Origin: an uncultured Gemmatimonadales bacterium
Lineage (GTDB): Bacteria > Gemmatimonadota > Gemmatimonadetes > Gemmatimonadales > GWC2-71-9
NCBI GenBank assembly: GCA_963828735.1
Contig: CAWHFW010000002.1
Span: 704,001 to 768,000 of the forward strand
Reading direction: 5' to 3'
Length of the DNA stretch: 64,000 bases
A program made the translations under genes and the position numbers. Under the pieces are notes generated by a model that did not search any database, had not been told where the DNA came from, and saw nothing but the letters and a program-made list of their open reading frames with translations. Positions 1 to 7,915 of the stretch are shown piece after piece; the first letter of the stretch is position 1; each line of letters starts with the position of its first letter.

Positions 1-471
1 GCGCTGGTTCTGCTCGCCGGTCAGGCTCGCCCTCTTGGCGGCGCCGCCGAGTTCCAACTCGCCAACATGATCCGCCGCGACACGACGCTGACTCCGTCCG
101 AGCGGGAGGCCAGGCTCGCCCATGTCCCAGCCCAGCTCGATTCTCTCGCGGCGGCAGATCCGTACATGAAGTTCATGTTCCACTACGAGCCCGCCATCGA
201 CGCCCGCAAAGTGAGCAAACCTGCGATCCTCATTCTCACCGGTGAGACTGACCGTCAGGCCGATGCCACTCAGGTCGGTGAATGGGTCGCCGCCTTCGAG
301 GCCGGTGGCAATCGAGACGTGACCGGTAGGATGCTTCCGGGGCTGAACCACCTCTTCATTCCCGACCCAGATGGCTTCCCGGGTGGCTACGCCACGCTTC
401 CGCCACCACTCAGAGTGGACCCCTCGGTGGTGGGCATGGTCGCCGACTGGCTCGCTCAGAAACTTCGTTAG
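1..471 (+). CDS. alpha/beta hydrolase family protein, C-terminal part (5' truncated by window edge)
   Basis: Frame open from base 1 (ALVLLAG...); PAILILTGETDRQA and LPGLNHLF resemble the catalytic Asp/His segments of alpha/beta hydrolases. Confidence 0.75.
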   Translation, partial: ALVLLAGQARPLGGAAEFQLANMIRRDTTLTPSEREARLAHVPAQLDSLAAADPYMKFMFHYEPAIDARKVSKPAILILTGETDRQADATQVGEWVAAFEAGGNRDVTGRMLPGLNHLFIPDPDGFPGGYATLPPPLRVDPSVVGMVADWLAQKLR

Positions 472-633
472 GCGCTCCGCGCCCGGGCCACGACTACGCA
501 CGCCGGCGCGCGCAGCCCCCCAACGACCCGGCAGCGTCGGCACCGGGCGCCACGCGACGACACGCAGCGACCCTCCGCCCCCCTGAGCACGCCAACGACT
601 CGGCGAATTCGGTAGCCAACCCCTTAGACCCCC

Positions 634-662
634 TTGACAATAAAAGTTGTCAATGATATTGT
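634..662 (+). promoter_or_regulatory. sigma70 promoter overlapped by inverted-repeat operator; probably leaderless transcript
   Basis: TTGACA 634-639, 17-bp spacer, TG-n-TATTGT 654-662; palindrome TTGACAA-N6-TTGTCAA 634-653; ATG at 669 with no Shine-Dalgarno. Confidence 0.75.
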
Positions 663-668
663 CTCCCC

Positions 669-1271
669 ATGCTCGACATCCAAATCATCGATGATCCGGC
701 GGCGGCCACGGTGGCCTTGGAGCCGATGCGAAGCCGACTCCTCTCCGAGCTGGCCGCGCCCGCCTCGGCGGCGACGTTGGCCACGCGAGTCGGCTTGGCC
801 CGGCAGAAGGTCAACTACCACCTGCATGCGCTGGAGGCGCACGGGCTGGTGCGGCTGGCCGAGGAACGCAAGTGGGGCGGGCTGACGGAACGGCTGCTCG
901 TTGCGACGGCCGCTTCCTACGTCGTTTCGCCGGGCGCCTTGGGCCCGGTCGCCGTCGACCCGAATCGGGAAGTCGACCGGCTGTCCGCGAGTTATCTCAT
1001 CGCCCTGGGCGCTCGGGTCGTCCGCGAAGTGGGCGACCTCGTTCGTCGCGCGAAAGAGGCGGGCAAACGCCTGGCGACGCTGGCGGTGGATACCGAGGTT
1101 CGCTTCCGGTCGGCGGCGGACCGGGCGGCTTTCAGCAAGGAGCTCACCGAAGCCATCGCGACACTCGTTTCGAAATATCACGATGCATCCGCCCCCGGTG
1201 GCCGCGCGCATCGCCTGGTCGTCATTGCGCACCCCCTACCCCAGAAATCCCAGCCCAAGGAGTTGTCATGA
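669..1271 (+). CDS. ArsR-like winged HTH transcriptional regulator
   Basis: ALEPMRSRLL...SAATLA..GLARQKVNYHLHALEAHGLV HTH; first gene of operon. Confidence 0.85.
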   Translation: MLDIQIIDDPAAATVALEPMRSRLLSELAAPASAATLATRVGLARQKVNYHLHALEAHGLVRLAEERKWGGLTERLLVATAASYVVSPGALGPVAVDPNREVDRLSASYLIALGARVVREVGDLVRRAKEAGKRLATLAVDTEVRFRSAADRAAFSKELTEAIATLVSKYHDASAPGGRAHRLVVIAHPLPQKSQPKELS

Positions 1272-2095
1272 GCGCGAAGCAAGAAGCCTCCGGACGCCGT
1301 TCCGTTCAGGTCGAATTCGAGGTCCCCGGCACGCCGGAGGAAGTCTGGCAGGCCATCGCCACCGGGCCGGGGATTTCGTCCTGGTTCGTGCCGGCTGAGG
1401 TAGCGGAGCGCGGTGGGAAGCCCGTCGCAATGAAGTTGAACTTCGGCCCGGGCATGGAAGCCCGTTCTGCCCTGACGGCCTGGGATCCGCCGCGGAGGTT
1501 CGTCGCGCAGGGCGAGGGGTGGGCTGGCTCGCCGCCCATCGCAACCGAGTGGACCGTCGAAGCGCGCGGAGGAGGCATCTGCATCGTCCGCGTTGTCCAT
1601 AGCCTTTTCGCCAGCACGGACGATTGGGACAACCAGCTGGAGGGCGCCCAGTCCGGATTGTCGGGTTTCTTGAGCACCCTGCGGGTCTATCTCACGCACT
1701 TCCGCGGACAACGATCCGCGATCATGCAGATCATGGCTCCCGTCGCGGGTTCGGACGCGGAGGCCTGGGAGGCCTTAACCACGGCATTGGGGGTGAAAGG
1801 CTTGAGCGTCGGGCAGCGTTGGACGGCGCCGGCAGGTGTCCCCGCGTTCGGAGGCGTGGCGGAGCACGTCACCCAGAGTCCGTACGACGCCCTGCTGCGG
1901 CTCGACAAGCCCGGGCCGGGCATAGCCGCCCTTGGCGCGTTCACCTTCCCCGACGGCCGGACCATGGTTGCGATGAACTTCTACCTGTACGGCGATCAGG
2001 CGACCGAACGGGTTGCCCGCGAGACGCCGCTGTGGCAGGCGTGGATGCAAGAGCGCTTTCCGATGCCGACGGAGCAGAGTGGGGCAGTCACATGA
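1268..2095 (+). CDS. SRPBCC/AHSA1 domain protein
   Basis: RSVQVEFEVPGTPEEVWQAIATGPGISSWF; ATGA overlap with upstream gene; AAGGAG RBS. Confidence 0.85.
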   Translation: MSAKQEASGRRSVQVEFEVPGTPEEVWQAIATGPGISSWFVPAEVAERGGKPVAMKLNFGPGMEARSALTAWDPPRRFVAQGEGWAGSPPIATEWTVEARGGGICIVRVVHSLFASTDDWDNQLEGAQSGLSGFLSTLRVYLTHFRGQRSAIMQIMAPVAGSDAEAWEALTTALGVKGLSVGQRWTAPAGVPAFGGVAEHVTQSPYDALLRLDKPGPGIAALGAFTFPDGRTMVAMNFYLYGDQATERVARETPLWQAWMQERFPMPTEQSGAVT

Positions 2096-2673
2096 GACAG
2101 CTCAGGATCATCGAACACATCTCGCTGGACGGCGTGATCCAACACTCGCACGATGACGACGCTTTCCCCTACAGCGACTGGACCGCGCCCTATCGGACCC
2201 CCGCCGGCCGAGACGCAGTGATGGCCGCGCATGGCGAGCGTTTTGATCTGCTCCTTGGCCGTCGCACCTACGATATCTGGTCGGGATTCTGGCCAAAGGC
2301 GCCGAGCACTCCGATCGGGGACAGGCTCAATGCGGCAACGAAGTTTGTCGCTACGCACCGTCCGGAAAGCCTTGCATGGGGTCCGTTCGAGGGCTTTGGA
2401 CCGGACATCGTCGAGGGCGTTCGCCGCATCCAGTCGCAAGACGGCCCGAACCTCGTCATCTCGGGCAGCTCGACGCTGACATCGACAATGCTCGAGCACG
2501 GGCTCGCGGATGACGTCGTGCTGATCGTCTCTCCGGTGCTGCTGGGCACCGGGAAACGCTTCTTTGCAGAGGGAACCCCGGCACGTGCATTCGAGCTCGT
2601 CAGCACGCAAACAACGCCGACTGGCGTCATCCTCAGCACGTACAAGGTCGCCGGGCCTTTGAAGGCCGCGTAG
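2092..2673 (+). CDS. dihydrofolate reductase family (RibD C-terminal-like) protein
   Basis: EHISLDGVIQ, LLLGRRTYDIW, GSSTL, PVLLGTGKRFF motifs; ATGA overlap. Confidence 0.85.
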   Translation: MRQLRIIEHISLDGVIQHSHDDDAFPYSDWTAPYRTPAGRDAVMAAHGERFDLLLGRRTYDIWSGFWPKAPSTPIGDRLNAATKFVATHRPESLAWGPFEGFGPDIVEGVRRIQSQDGPNLVISGSSTLTSTMLEHGLADDVVLIVSPVLLGTGKRFFAEGTPARAFELVSTQTTPTGVILSTYKVAGPLKAA

Positions 2674-2739
2674 TTCGCCGACAGCGGCCACACGGCGCGA
2701 TCGATTCGCGTGTGTCCCTACATCCTGGAGTGCTGCATG
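2646..2739 (+). repeat. direct repeat copy 1 (partner 3521-3588)
   Basis: GGTCGCCGGGCCTTTGAAG (2646-2664) and CATCCTGGAGTGCTGCATG (2721-2739) both recur exactly. Confidence 0.85.
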
Positions 2740-3537
2740 CACGTTCGTTCGATCCGTCTTCAGACCTTCGCCCTGCCGTCGCTCGCTGCACTCGCGCAAT
2801 CATCCCCGGTCATCGCCCTGGGCTGTGGTGTGTCGAGTGCAGCGGCACAGACGGATACGTACCCGAGGATGGCGGCGATCAGTGAATATCAGATGGAAGA
2901 AAGCGCCGAGATTCAATTGGCGCGAAGCGCCGCCCCAAACTCCATATCCGGCGACGCGACGATCCTGGTTCTGGGACGTCAGGGATACGAGACAGCCGTT
3001 GAGGGCAAGAACGGGTTTGTCTGCATCGTGGCAAGAAGTTGGATGGCCGCGTTCGACTGGCCCGAATTCTGGAACCCGCGAGTGAGAGCCGCCGACTGTA
3101 TGAACCCCCAGTCCGCACGTTCGATATTACCGATCGCTTTGTTGCGCAGCAGGATGGTGATGGCCGGTCGTTCCAAGGCGGAGATCCTATCGGCGGTCAA
3201 AGCGGCGTTCGAGAACAGGCAAGTGCCGAGGTTCGAGAGTGGCGCGATGGATTACATGATGTCGAAATCGGCCTATCTGACCGACGAGGGCGACCACAAC
3301 GCGCCTCATCTGATGTTCCTCACTACCGGCGTCGACGCCAAGGACTGGGGCTCTGGCGCGGCGGGCTCGCCGCTCATGTCGGCCCCCTATTGGTTCTTCT
3401 CGTCGAAGGAACCATCGCGAATGAAAGGGCTGCCACCGATTCTTGTGTTCCTAGTCGGGGTGGCGACTTGGTCCGACGGAACGCCTGTGGGCAAGGATGT
3501 GACTGATGAAGGCGCCGTGCGGTCGCCGGGCCTTTGA
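2737..3537 (+). CDS. hypothetical secreted protein
   Basis: GGAG RBS then ATG 2737; signal-like N-terminus; EIQLARSAAP...GKNGFVCIVARSW...YMMSK...PHLMF. Confidence 0.7.
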   Translation: MHVRSIRLQTFALPSLAALAQSSPVIALGCGVSSAAAQTDTYPRMAAISEYQMEESAEIQLARSAAPNSISGDATILVLGRQGYETAVEGKNGFVCIVARSWMAAFDWPEFWNPRVRAADCMNPQSARSILPIALLRSRMVMAGRSKAEILSAVKAAFENRQVPRFESGAMDYMMSKSAYLTDEGDHNAPHLMFLTTGVDAKDWGSGAAGSPLMSAPYWFFSSKEPSRMKGLPPILVFLVGVATWSDGTPVGKDVTDEGAVRSPGL

Positions 3538-3588
3538 AGTCCGGATAGTTCGACACCTTTGAATCCCGCCATCCTGGAGTGCTGCATG
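3521..3588 (+). repeat. direct repeat copy 2
   Basis: Same two 19-mers at 3521-3539 and 3570-3588. Confidence 0.85.
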
Positions 3589-3600
3589 TGCGGGTTAGGC
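3581..3600 (-). mobile_element. attC remnant (R''/L'' half only)
   Basis: GCTGCATGTGCGGGTTAGGC matches the end of the intact attC repeats. Confidence 0.6.
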
Positions 3601-3654
3601 AACTCGCCCTCGGGACCACCGCAGGCCTGGGACGCCTCGATCTTTTGGGGAGTT

Positions 3655-3795
3655 GCCTTACGGATGCCGCATCAGCTTCAAGCGATTAGGCTTAACATCC
3701 ACACCATTGGACGTTCCGTACCTCATCACCGGAGTTCGGCGCCCGCCTGGCGCCTCACGCGGGACGCGCTTGTCGCCTGCATGCGGGGGTCAGGC
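3655..3795 (-). mobile_element. degenerate full-length attC site
   Basis: GCCTTACGGATGCCGCATCAGCTTCAAGCGA...TGTCGCCTGCATGCGGGGGTCAGGC, 141 bp; both core boxes mutated. Confidence 0.7.
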
Positions 3796-3875
3796 CGCGG
3801 CCAAGCGCGATGCCCACACCAGCGGCGCCAGGAACTGCCGTCGAGCGAATGGTGTTAGAATGACATATGCCTAAC

Positions 3876-4085
3876 ATGACGAAACCCGACCCGCGCCCGC
3901 TGTTCACCCCCAGCACCGTCCCGCAACCCGGTGCGCCCGATCCCGTAGTCGCATTTATCGAAGACGCTCTGCTCGCCATCGCCAACCGCCAGGATGAAGC
4001 GGAGATCCGCGAGCTCCGCGAGGATGAGGCGGTGATCCGTGAGCTCCGCCAGGATGAGGCGGAGATCCCGGAGCCGTCGGCCTAA
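3876..4085 (+). CDS. small hypothetical acidic protein with 10-aa tandem repeats (start 3867 or 3876)
   Basis: QDEAEIRELR/EDEAVIRELR/QDEAEIPEPS; stop TAA lies in the GCCTAAC box. Confidence 0.45.
   Translation: MTKPDPRPLFTPSTVPQPGAPDPVVAFIEDALLAIANRQDEAEIRELREDEAVIRELRQDEAEIPEPSA
3986..4074 (+). repeat. 30-bp tandem repeat, ~3 copies
   Basis: AGGATGAAGCGGAGATCCGCGAGCTCCGC-like unit starting at 3991, 4021 and 4051. Confidence 0.9.
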
Positions 4086-4145
4086 CGGGTTGCAATAAGC
4101 TGCAGGACCTCAAGCCCGCGCCCGCACCACTGAACGATTCCACTC
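4080..4145 (-). mobile_element. truncated attC (R'/L' half)
   Basis: GCCTAACGGGTTGCAATAAGCTGCAGG...CGCGCCCGCACCACTGAACGATTCCACT aligns to the first half of intact repeats; other half absent. Confidence 0.75.
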
Positions 4146-4179
4146 CCTGACTACTAGGAGATCCGAACCAGGAGGCCGT

Positions 4180-4431
4180 ATGGCAAAGGGTCGCGACCAC
4201 CTCAGCGAACCCCACTGCTTTTGAGCGCACCAGCAAGCGGCGCAAGGGGTTCTTGTCGGAGACGCGCGTGAAGCGGGGAACCCGCGTGGTGCACGGCGAC
4301 AAAGAGCTCCTCGAGAAGCTCGGTCGAAACGACCTGTGCCCATGCGGCTCCCGGCGGCGGTTTCAAGCGCTGCTGCCTCGGCAGCGGTAAGTACGACGGG
4401 GTTCTTCGGGACTACTACTTTTAGGGACTGA
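4180..4431 (+). CDS. SEC-C (SecA C-terminal-like) zinc-motif small protein encoded across +1 frameshifts at TTT codons (recoded gene or pseudogene)
   Basis: AGGAGG RBS 4170-4175 and ATG 4180; segments [14 protein letters not shown] / [10 protein letters not shown]...[17 protein letters not shown] / [19 protein letters not shown] / RD*; joins rebuild GRNDxCPCGSxxxFKxCC. Confidence 0.75.
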
Positions 4432-4442
4432 TCGACCAATGG

Positions 4443-4480
4443 AGAGCGGACTCAGCACACGGGTTCGCTCTTTCCTTTTG
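4443..4480 (+). terminator. intrinsic terminator after the SEC-C gene
   Basis: AGAGCGGACTC-loop-GGGTTCGCTCT stem followed by TTCCTTTT. Confidence 0.75.
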
Positions 4481-4488
4481 AGCCGTTC

Positions 4489-4566
4489 GCCTAACGACTT
4501 GCGCATCAGCTGCAGGCCTTCGAGCCCGCGCCCGCCCTGCCTGGCGGCGGCATGCGCGGGTTAGGC
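4489..4566 (-). mobile_element. attC site (short, 78 bp)
   Basis: GCCTAAC...GCGCATCAGCTGCAGG...GCATGCGCGGGTTAGGC. Confidence 0.8.
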
Positions 4567-4587
4567 GGCTGCCGGATCCACCCGCAC

Positions 4588-5007
4588 TTAGTCCCAGGGG
4601 TAGAAGCAATCGTAATTGCGTATAGCCACGATCTTGCCGTTGCGAAGCTCGAAGACCTGCGCGAATCGGGTGCGCAGCTGGGTGCCCGCCCTGAACGGCC
4701 CCGCATCGCGAGCGACTCGACCGCGCCACTCGGCCTCCACCACCACCTTGCTACCACCCGCCATGAGGCCCAACAACTCGAACTCCTGCTCAGCCATCAG
4801 TGCTTGGCCTCGTTGAGCGGCCTCCTGCATGCCCCGGAGGTCGCGACGAGTGCCAGTCGGGAGGAGACGGTTGGGGAATTCCTCTTGGACGACGTCGGGC
4901 GCGAACCACTTCTCCCAGTCAACTGTGGCGGGACCGTGAGCGATGGCAGCGTAGTAGCTGCGGATCACGGCGAGATTCCCAGCTTCTTCAGAGGCAGCAG
5001 CCCTCAC
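4588..5007 (-). CDS. SnoaL-like / NTF2 family protein (gene cassette)
   Basis: NLAVIRSYYAA...FAPDVVQEEFPNRL...KVVVEAEWRG...VFELRNGKIVAIRNYD; flanked by attC sites. Confidence 0.8.
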   Translation of the reverse strand: MRAAASEEAGNLAVIRSYYAAIAHGPATVDWEKWFAPDVVQEEFPNRLLPTGTRRDLRGMQEAAQRGQALMAEQEFELLGLMAGGSKVVVEAEWRGRVARDAGPFRAGTQLRTRFAQVFELRNGKIVAIRNYDCFYPWD

Positions 5008-5026
5008 CGGAGTTCCTTTGGCAGAC

Positions 5027-5168
5027 GCCTAACGGATTGCAAATCAGCTGCAGGCGACGATCTCACCGCCCGCACAAATGAACGCCTCCACTGCTCGGCC
5101 TCGAGGAGAGCCGCGCCCATTTGGAACTCCGGCCACCCCGGCCTGTCGGCTGCATTTGCGGGTTAGGC
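5027..5168 (-). mobile_element. attC site (142 bp)
   Basis: GCCTAACGGATTGCAAATCAGCTGCAGGCG...GCCTGTCGGCTGCATTTGCGGGTTAGGC. Confidence 0.9.
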
Positions 5169-5186
5169 TGCAGCGGGCCGTGCGGC

Positions 5187-5438
5187 TCATGGGTGTGGCG
5201 CTTGGTCCGGGTGCTTCGCCCAGTAGAGTACGTCCTGATACTTGTGCTGGGCCGCGGCGAGGAAGTAGCCCAGACGGCCGAGATTGCCGCCACTCAGGGC
5301 GAGCATCGCACGCCGTACATGCTCGACATCACGCTCATGTGGCGACATGCCATACTGCGACAGCATCACGTGCGCTTGGCGCCGGTCGGCCGGGGCGAAG
5401 CGCTCGGCGAGTTCGTGTTCGAGAGCTGCTGAGAGCAT
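5187..5438 (-). CDS. small hypothetical protein (gene cassette)
   Basis: MLSAALEHELAERF...EHVRRAMLALSGGNLGRL...YQDVLYWA; lies between attC sites. Confidence 0.6.
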   Translation of the reverse strand: MLSAALEHELAERFAPADRRQAHVMLSQYGMSPHERDVEHVRRAMLALSGGNLGRLGYFLAAAQHKYQDVLYWAKHPDQAPHP

Positions 5439-5450
5439 GTGTGTCAAAGT

Positions 5451-5523
5451 ACGCTTCGAGGGACGGGGCGCCCGAGCGGAGCTCGGGACCACCTCCGGCC
5501 GTCGCTGCATGCGCGGGTTAGGC
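5451..5523 (-). mobile_element. degenerate/partial attC (R''/L'' half)
   Basis: CCGGCCGTCGCTGCATGCGCGGGTTAGGC at the end; GCCTAAC half missing. Confidence 0.65.
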
Positions 5524-5549
5524 CCCATTCACACCGGGAAGTCCGCTCG

Positions 5550-6008
5550 TTACCCGAGACGGGTGTACGTGAGCTGGAGGTCTGGCTCCCAGCGGTCACC
5601 ACGATTCAACTCGCCCTGCCCCACCATGCGCTTGCCCCCATCGACAAGTCTACCGGTAAATCGTTGAGAGAAGCCAGGAGTGTCACGCCACCACTGCCAC
5701 TGGTCGCTGCGCAGCGCAACGGCGTAGCGCAGCGAAACCCCCCGCTCGTCGAAATACAACATGGAACATTCCTTGGCATCGTCGTCGGTGCCGAAGATCC
5801 CGATGCCACTTGGAATGTCTGGTTCGTCGATCTCCGAGCGCATGACGAGGAAAGCCCCGCCGTCGGACCACGGGAAGCTGGTGCGACCATGAAGAGTTTT
5901 GCCCGGCAACATGGGGTGCGAGCCTTCAGTGCGCCATTCGCCGACAAGGAAGTCAAGAGGCTTCAGGGCCGGGTTTGGAATGGCAGCTTCGTAGCCGATA
6001 ATAGCCAT
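5550..6008 (-). CDS. hypothetical protein, possibly DUF1579-like beta-barrel (gene cassette)
   Basis: LKPLDFLVGEWRTEG...MLYFDERGVS...FSQRFTG...DLQLTYTR. Confidence 0.7.
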   Translation of the reverse strand: MAIIGYEAAIPNPALKPLDFLVGEWRTEGSHPMLPGKTLHGRTSFPWSDGGAFLVMRSEIDEPDIPSGIGIFGTDDDAKECSMLYFDERGVSLRYAVALRSDQWQWWRDTPGFSQRFTGRLVDGGKRMVGQGELNRGDRWEPDLQLTYTRLG

Positions 6009-6066
6009 GCGACACAGTACCGAAGATGAGGGGAGTGTGGCCGGATGCGGATCCGGGGTGAATGCG

Positions 6067-6210
6067 GCCCAACGGATTGCAAATCAGCTGCAGGCGATCA
6101 GCCTCGCGCCCGCACCAATCAACGCTTCCACTGTTTGGCCTCGAGGAGCGCCGGCGCCCGGGCGGAGCGCGGGCCCGCTCCGGCCTGTCGGCTGCATTTG
6201 CGGGTTAGGC
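6067..6210 (-). mobile_element. attC site (144 bp)
   Basis: GCCCAACGGATTGCAAATCAGCTGCAGGCG...GCCTGTCGGCTGCATTTGCGGGTTAGGC. Confidence 0.9.
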
Positions 6211-6244
6211 GGCGCAATCGCACGCGGCGAGCTCCGACGCGCGT

Positions 6245-7753
6245 TCAATGTGCTTTGGCATACGCCTGGGCTCCGCGCAGCAGGTGGTCAAGATCCTTCC
6301 GCGTCAGGAGGTGTCCGTTCACGACGACCGCCCGAATGCGGGAGGCGTTGTGGACGTCCGTGAGCGGATTCGCGTCGAGTAGCACGAGATCGGCGAGCTG
6401 GCCAACGGCGATGCTACCCAGCGAGTCGGTCGCCTGGAGGAACCGGGTCGGAGCCGTGGTGGCTGCGGCTACGGCGGATCGCGGTGACAGCCCCGCCTCG
6501 ACGAGGGCGGAGATCTCCTCGTGTAGGCTGAACCCGGGGTAGACGTGGGGATCGAGCACGTCTGAGCCTGCCAGCAGCGGCACCCCGGCGCGCCCCATCG
6601 CCGCGACGATACGAAGGGAGCCGCCATACAGTTCCTGGAGGCTCGCGAAGTCTTCGCTCGACATGTCCTTGAGGCGGTCGTCGTTGCGGGGGTCCCATTC
6701 CCACCGGAGCTTGGTCGTGGCGTAGCGCAGATAGGGATCGCGGCTGGCGTCGTATTCCTTCACCCAAGCGATGCTGCGCAGCGTAACCAGAGTCGGCACC
6801 TGCCAGGTGTCGTTCTGCACGAGCCGCGCGAAGTACGGCTGGCAGGCTGCCTCGTCGAATGTGCTGACGCCGAGGTGGTTGATGGCGCGCGTCAGCATCG
6901 CGCGGTGCGTCGCGGAGGTGTCGCGCGCCCGCGTGGCGCGGAGCGAGAGGACAGAATCGGGCTGGCTGGTGCACTCCCGGCTGGCGCCCTGCAGGTGCTC
7001 GATGCTGCGTTGCCCCGAGTCCGAGACATCGCGCGGGCTCACACCGGCCGGCACGTGCCCCGCAACCGGCAGCCCGTTCGCGCGCGCGGCCCGGAGGAGC
7101 GCGAAGTAGGCCTCTGGCAGAATGTCGCCGATGACCTTGATGAAGTCGGCACCCTGCTCCTTGGCGTGCCGGACCGCAGCTATGGCGTCGGCGCTGTCCC
7201 GAACGGCATGGGTCCCTGGAAAGGGCGGCGGCTTGGCCCCCCTGAGAGCGTTCCCCGCCACGACGAGGCGCGGACCCAATAGCGTGCCGGCGGCAATGTC
7301 GTGCTTCCATGTCCGCACCACCGATGCGGGCGGGGCCACACCGGCCGAGTCGGTCCCGGCACAGATGCTCTCGCAATCACCCCACATGTCGCGGAGGCCA
7401 GTGACACCGTTGGCGAGGTACAGCGGGAACATCAGCGAGCGGGTCGTAGAATCGTCGGGCAGGTGCGCGTGCATGTCCCAGAGGCCGGGGAGGAGGAACT
7501 TGCCATTAGCAGCGACCACACGGCTGCCCGCTGGGACGTCGAGGGTCGCCGACGGGCCGAGGCCGACAATGCGACTGCCCCTGATGACGACACTCTGATC
7601 CACCAGCGATGGACTGTCGGACATGGTTAGGACAGTCACGTGTGTGAACACGACCGGAGGGACGGCCTGTTGAGCCAAAAGGCCGGTCGCAGGTGCAACG
7701 CTTGCAACACACAGAACAGCGTTCGCCGTAATGTTCCAGGATCGCATTCGCAT
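6245..7753 (-). CDS. secreted amidohydrolase family protein (gene cassette; start approximate)
   Basis: FLLPGLWDMHAH, GADFIKV, SIEHL, LLAGSD, GSIAVGQLADLVLLDANPL. Confidence 0.9.
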   Translation of the reverse strand: MRMRSWNITANAVLCVASVAPATGLLAQQAVPPVVFTHVTVLTMSDSPSLVDQSVVIRGSRIVGLGPSATLDVPAGSRVVAANGKFLLPGLWDMHAHLPDDSTTRSLMFPLYLANGVTGLRDMWGDCESICAGTDSAGVAPPASVVRTWKHDIAAGTLLGPRLVVAGNALRGAKPPPFPGTHAVRDSADAIAAVRHAKEQGADFIKVIGDILPEAYFALLRAARANGLPVAGHVPAGVSPRDVSDSGQRSIEHLQGASRECTSQPDSVLSLRATRARDTSATHRAMLTRAINHLGVSTFDEAACQPYFARLVQNDTWQVPTLVTLRSIAWVKEYDASRDPYLRYATTKLRWEWDPRNDDRLKDMSSEDFASLQELYGGSLRIVAAMGRAGVPLLAGSDVLDPHVYPGFSLHEEISALVEAGLSPRSAVAAATTAPTRFLQATDSLGSIAVGQLADLVLLDANPLTDVHNASRIRAVVVNGHLLTRKDLDHLLRGAQAYAKAH

Positions 7754-7773
7754 CATCACTCCGGAGGGGGTCC

Positions 7774-7915
7774 GCCTAACGGATTGCAAATCAGCTGCAG
7801 GCGATCATCTTACCGCCCGCACAAGTCAACGCTTCCTCTGCTCGGCCACAGGTGCGCTGCGCCCGCGAGGAGCGCCGGCCCGCCCCAGCCTGTCGGCTGC
7901 ATTTGCGGGTTAGGC
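7774..7915 (-). mobile_element. attC site (142 bp)
   Basis: Same consensus; TAA stop of the preceding cassette gene lies in the R'' box. Confidence 0.9.

Noticed and set aside
467..473. GTTAGGC at the hydrolase stop as an attC core
   Set aside because: No L box or partner arm nearby; probably chance
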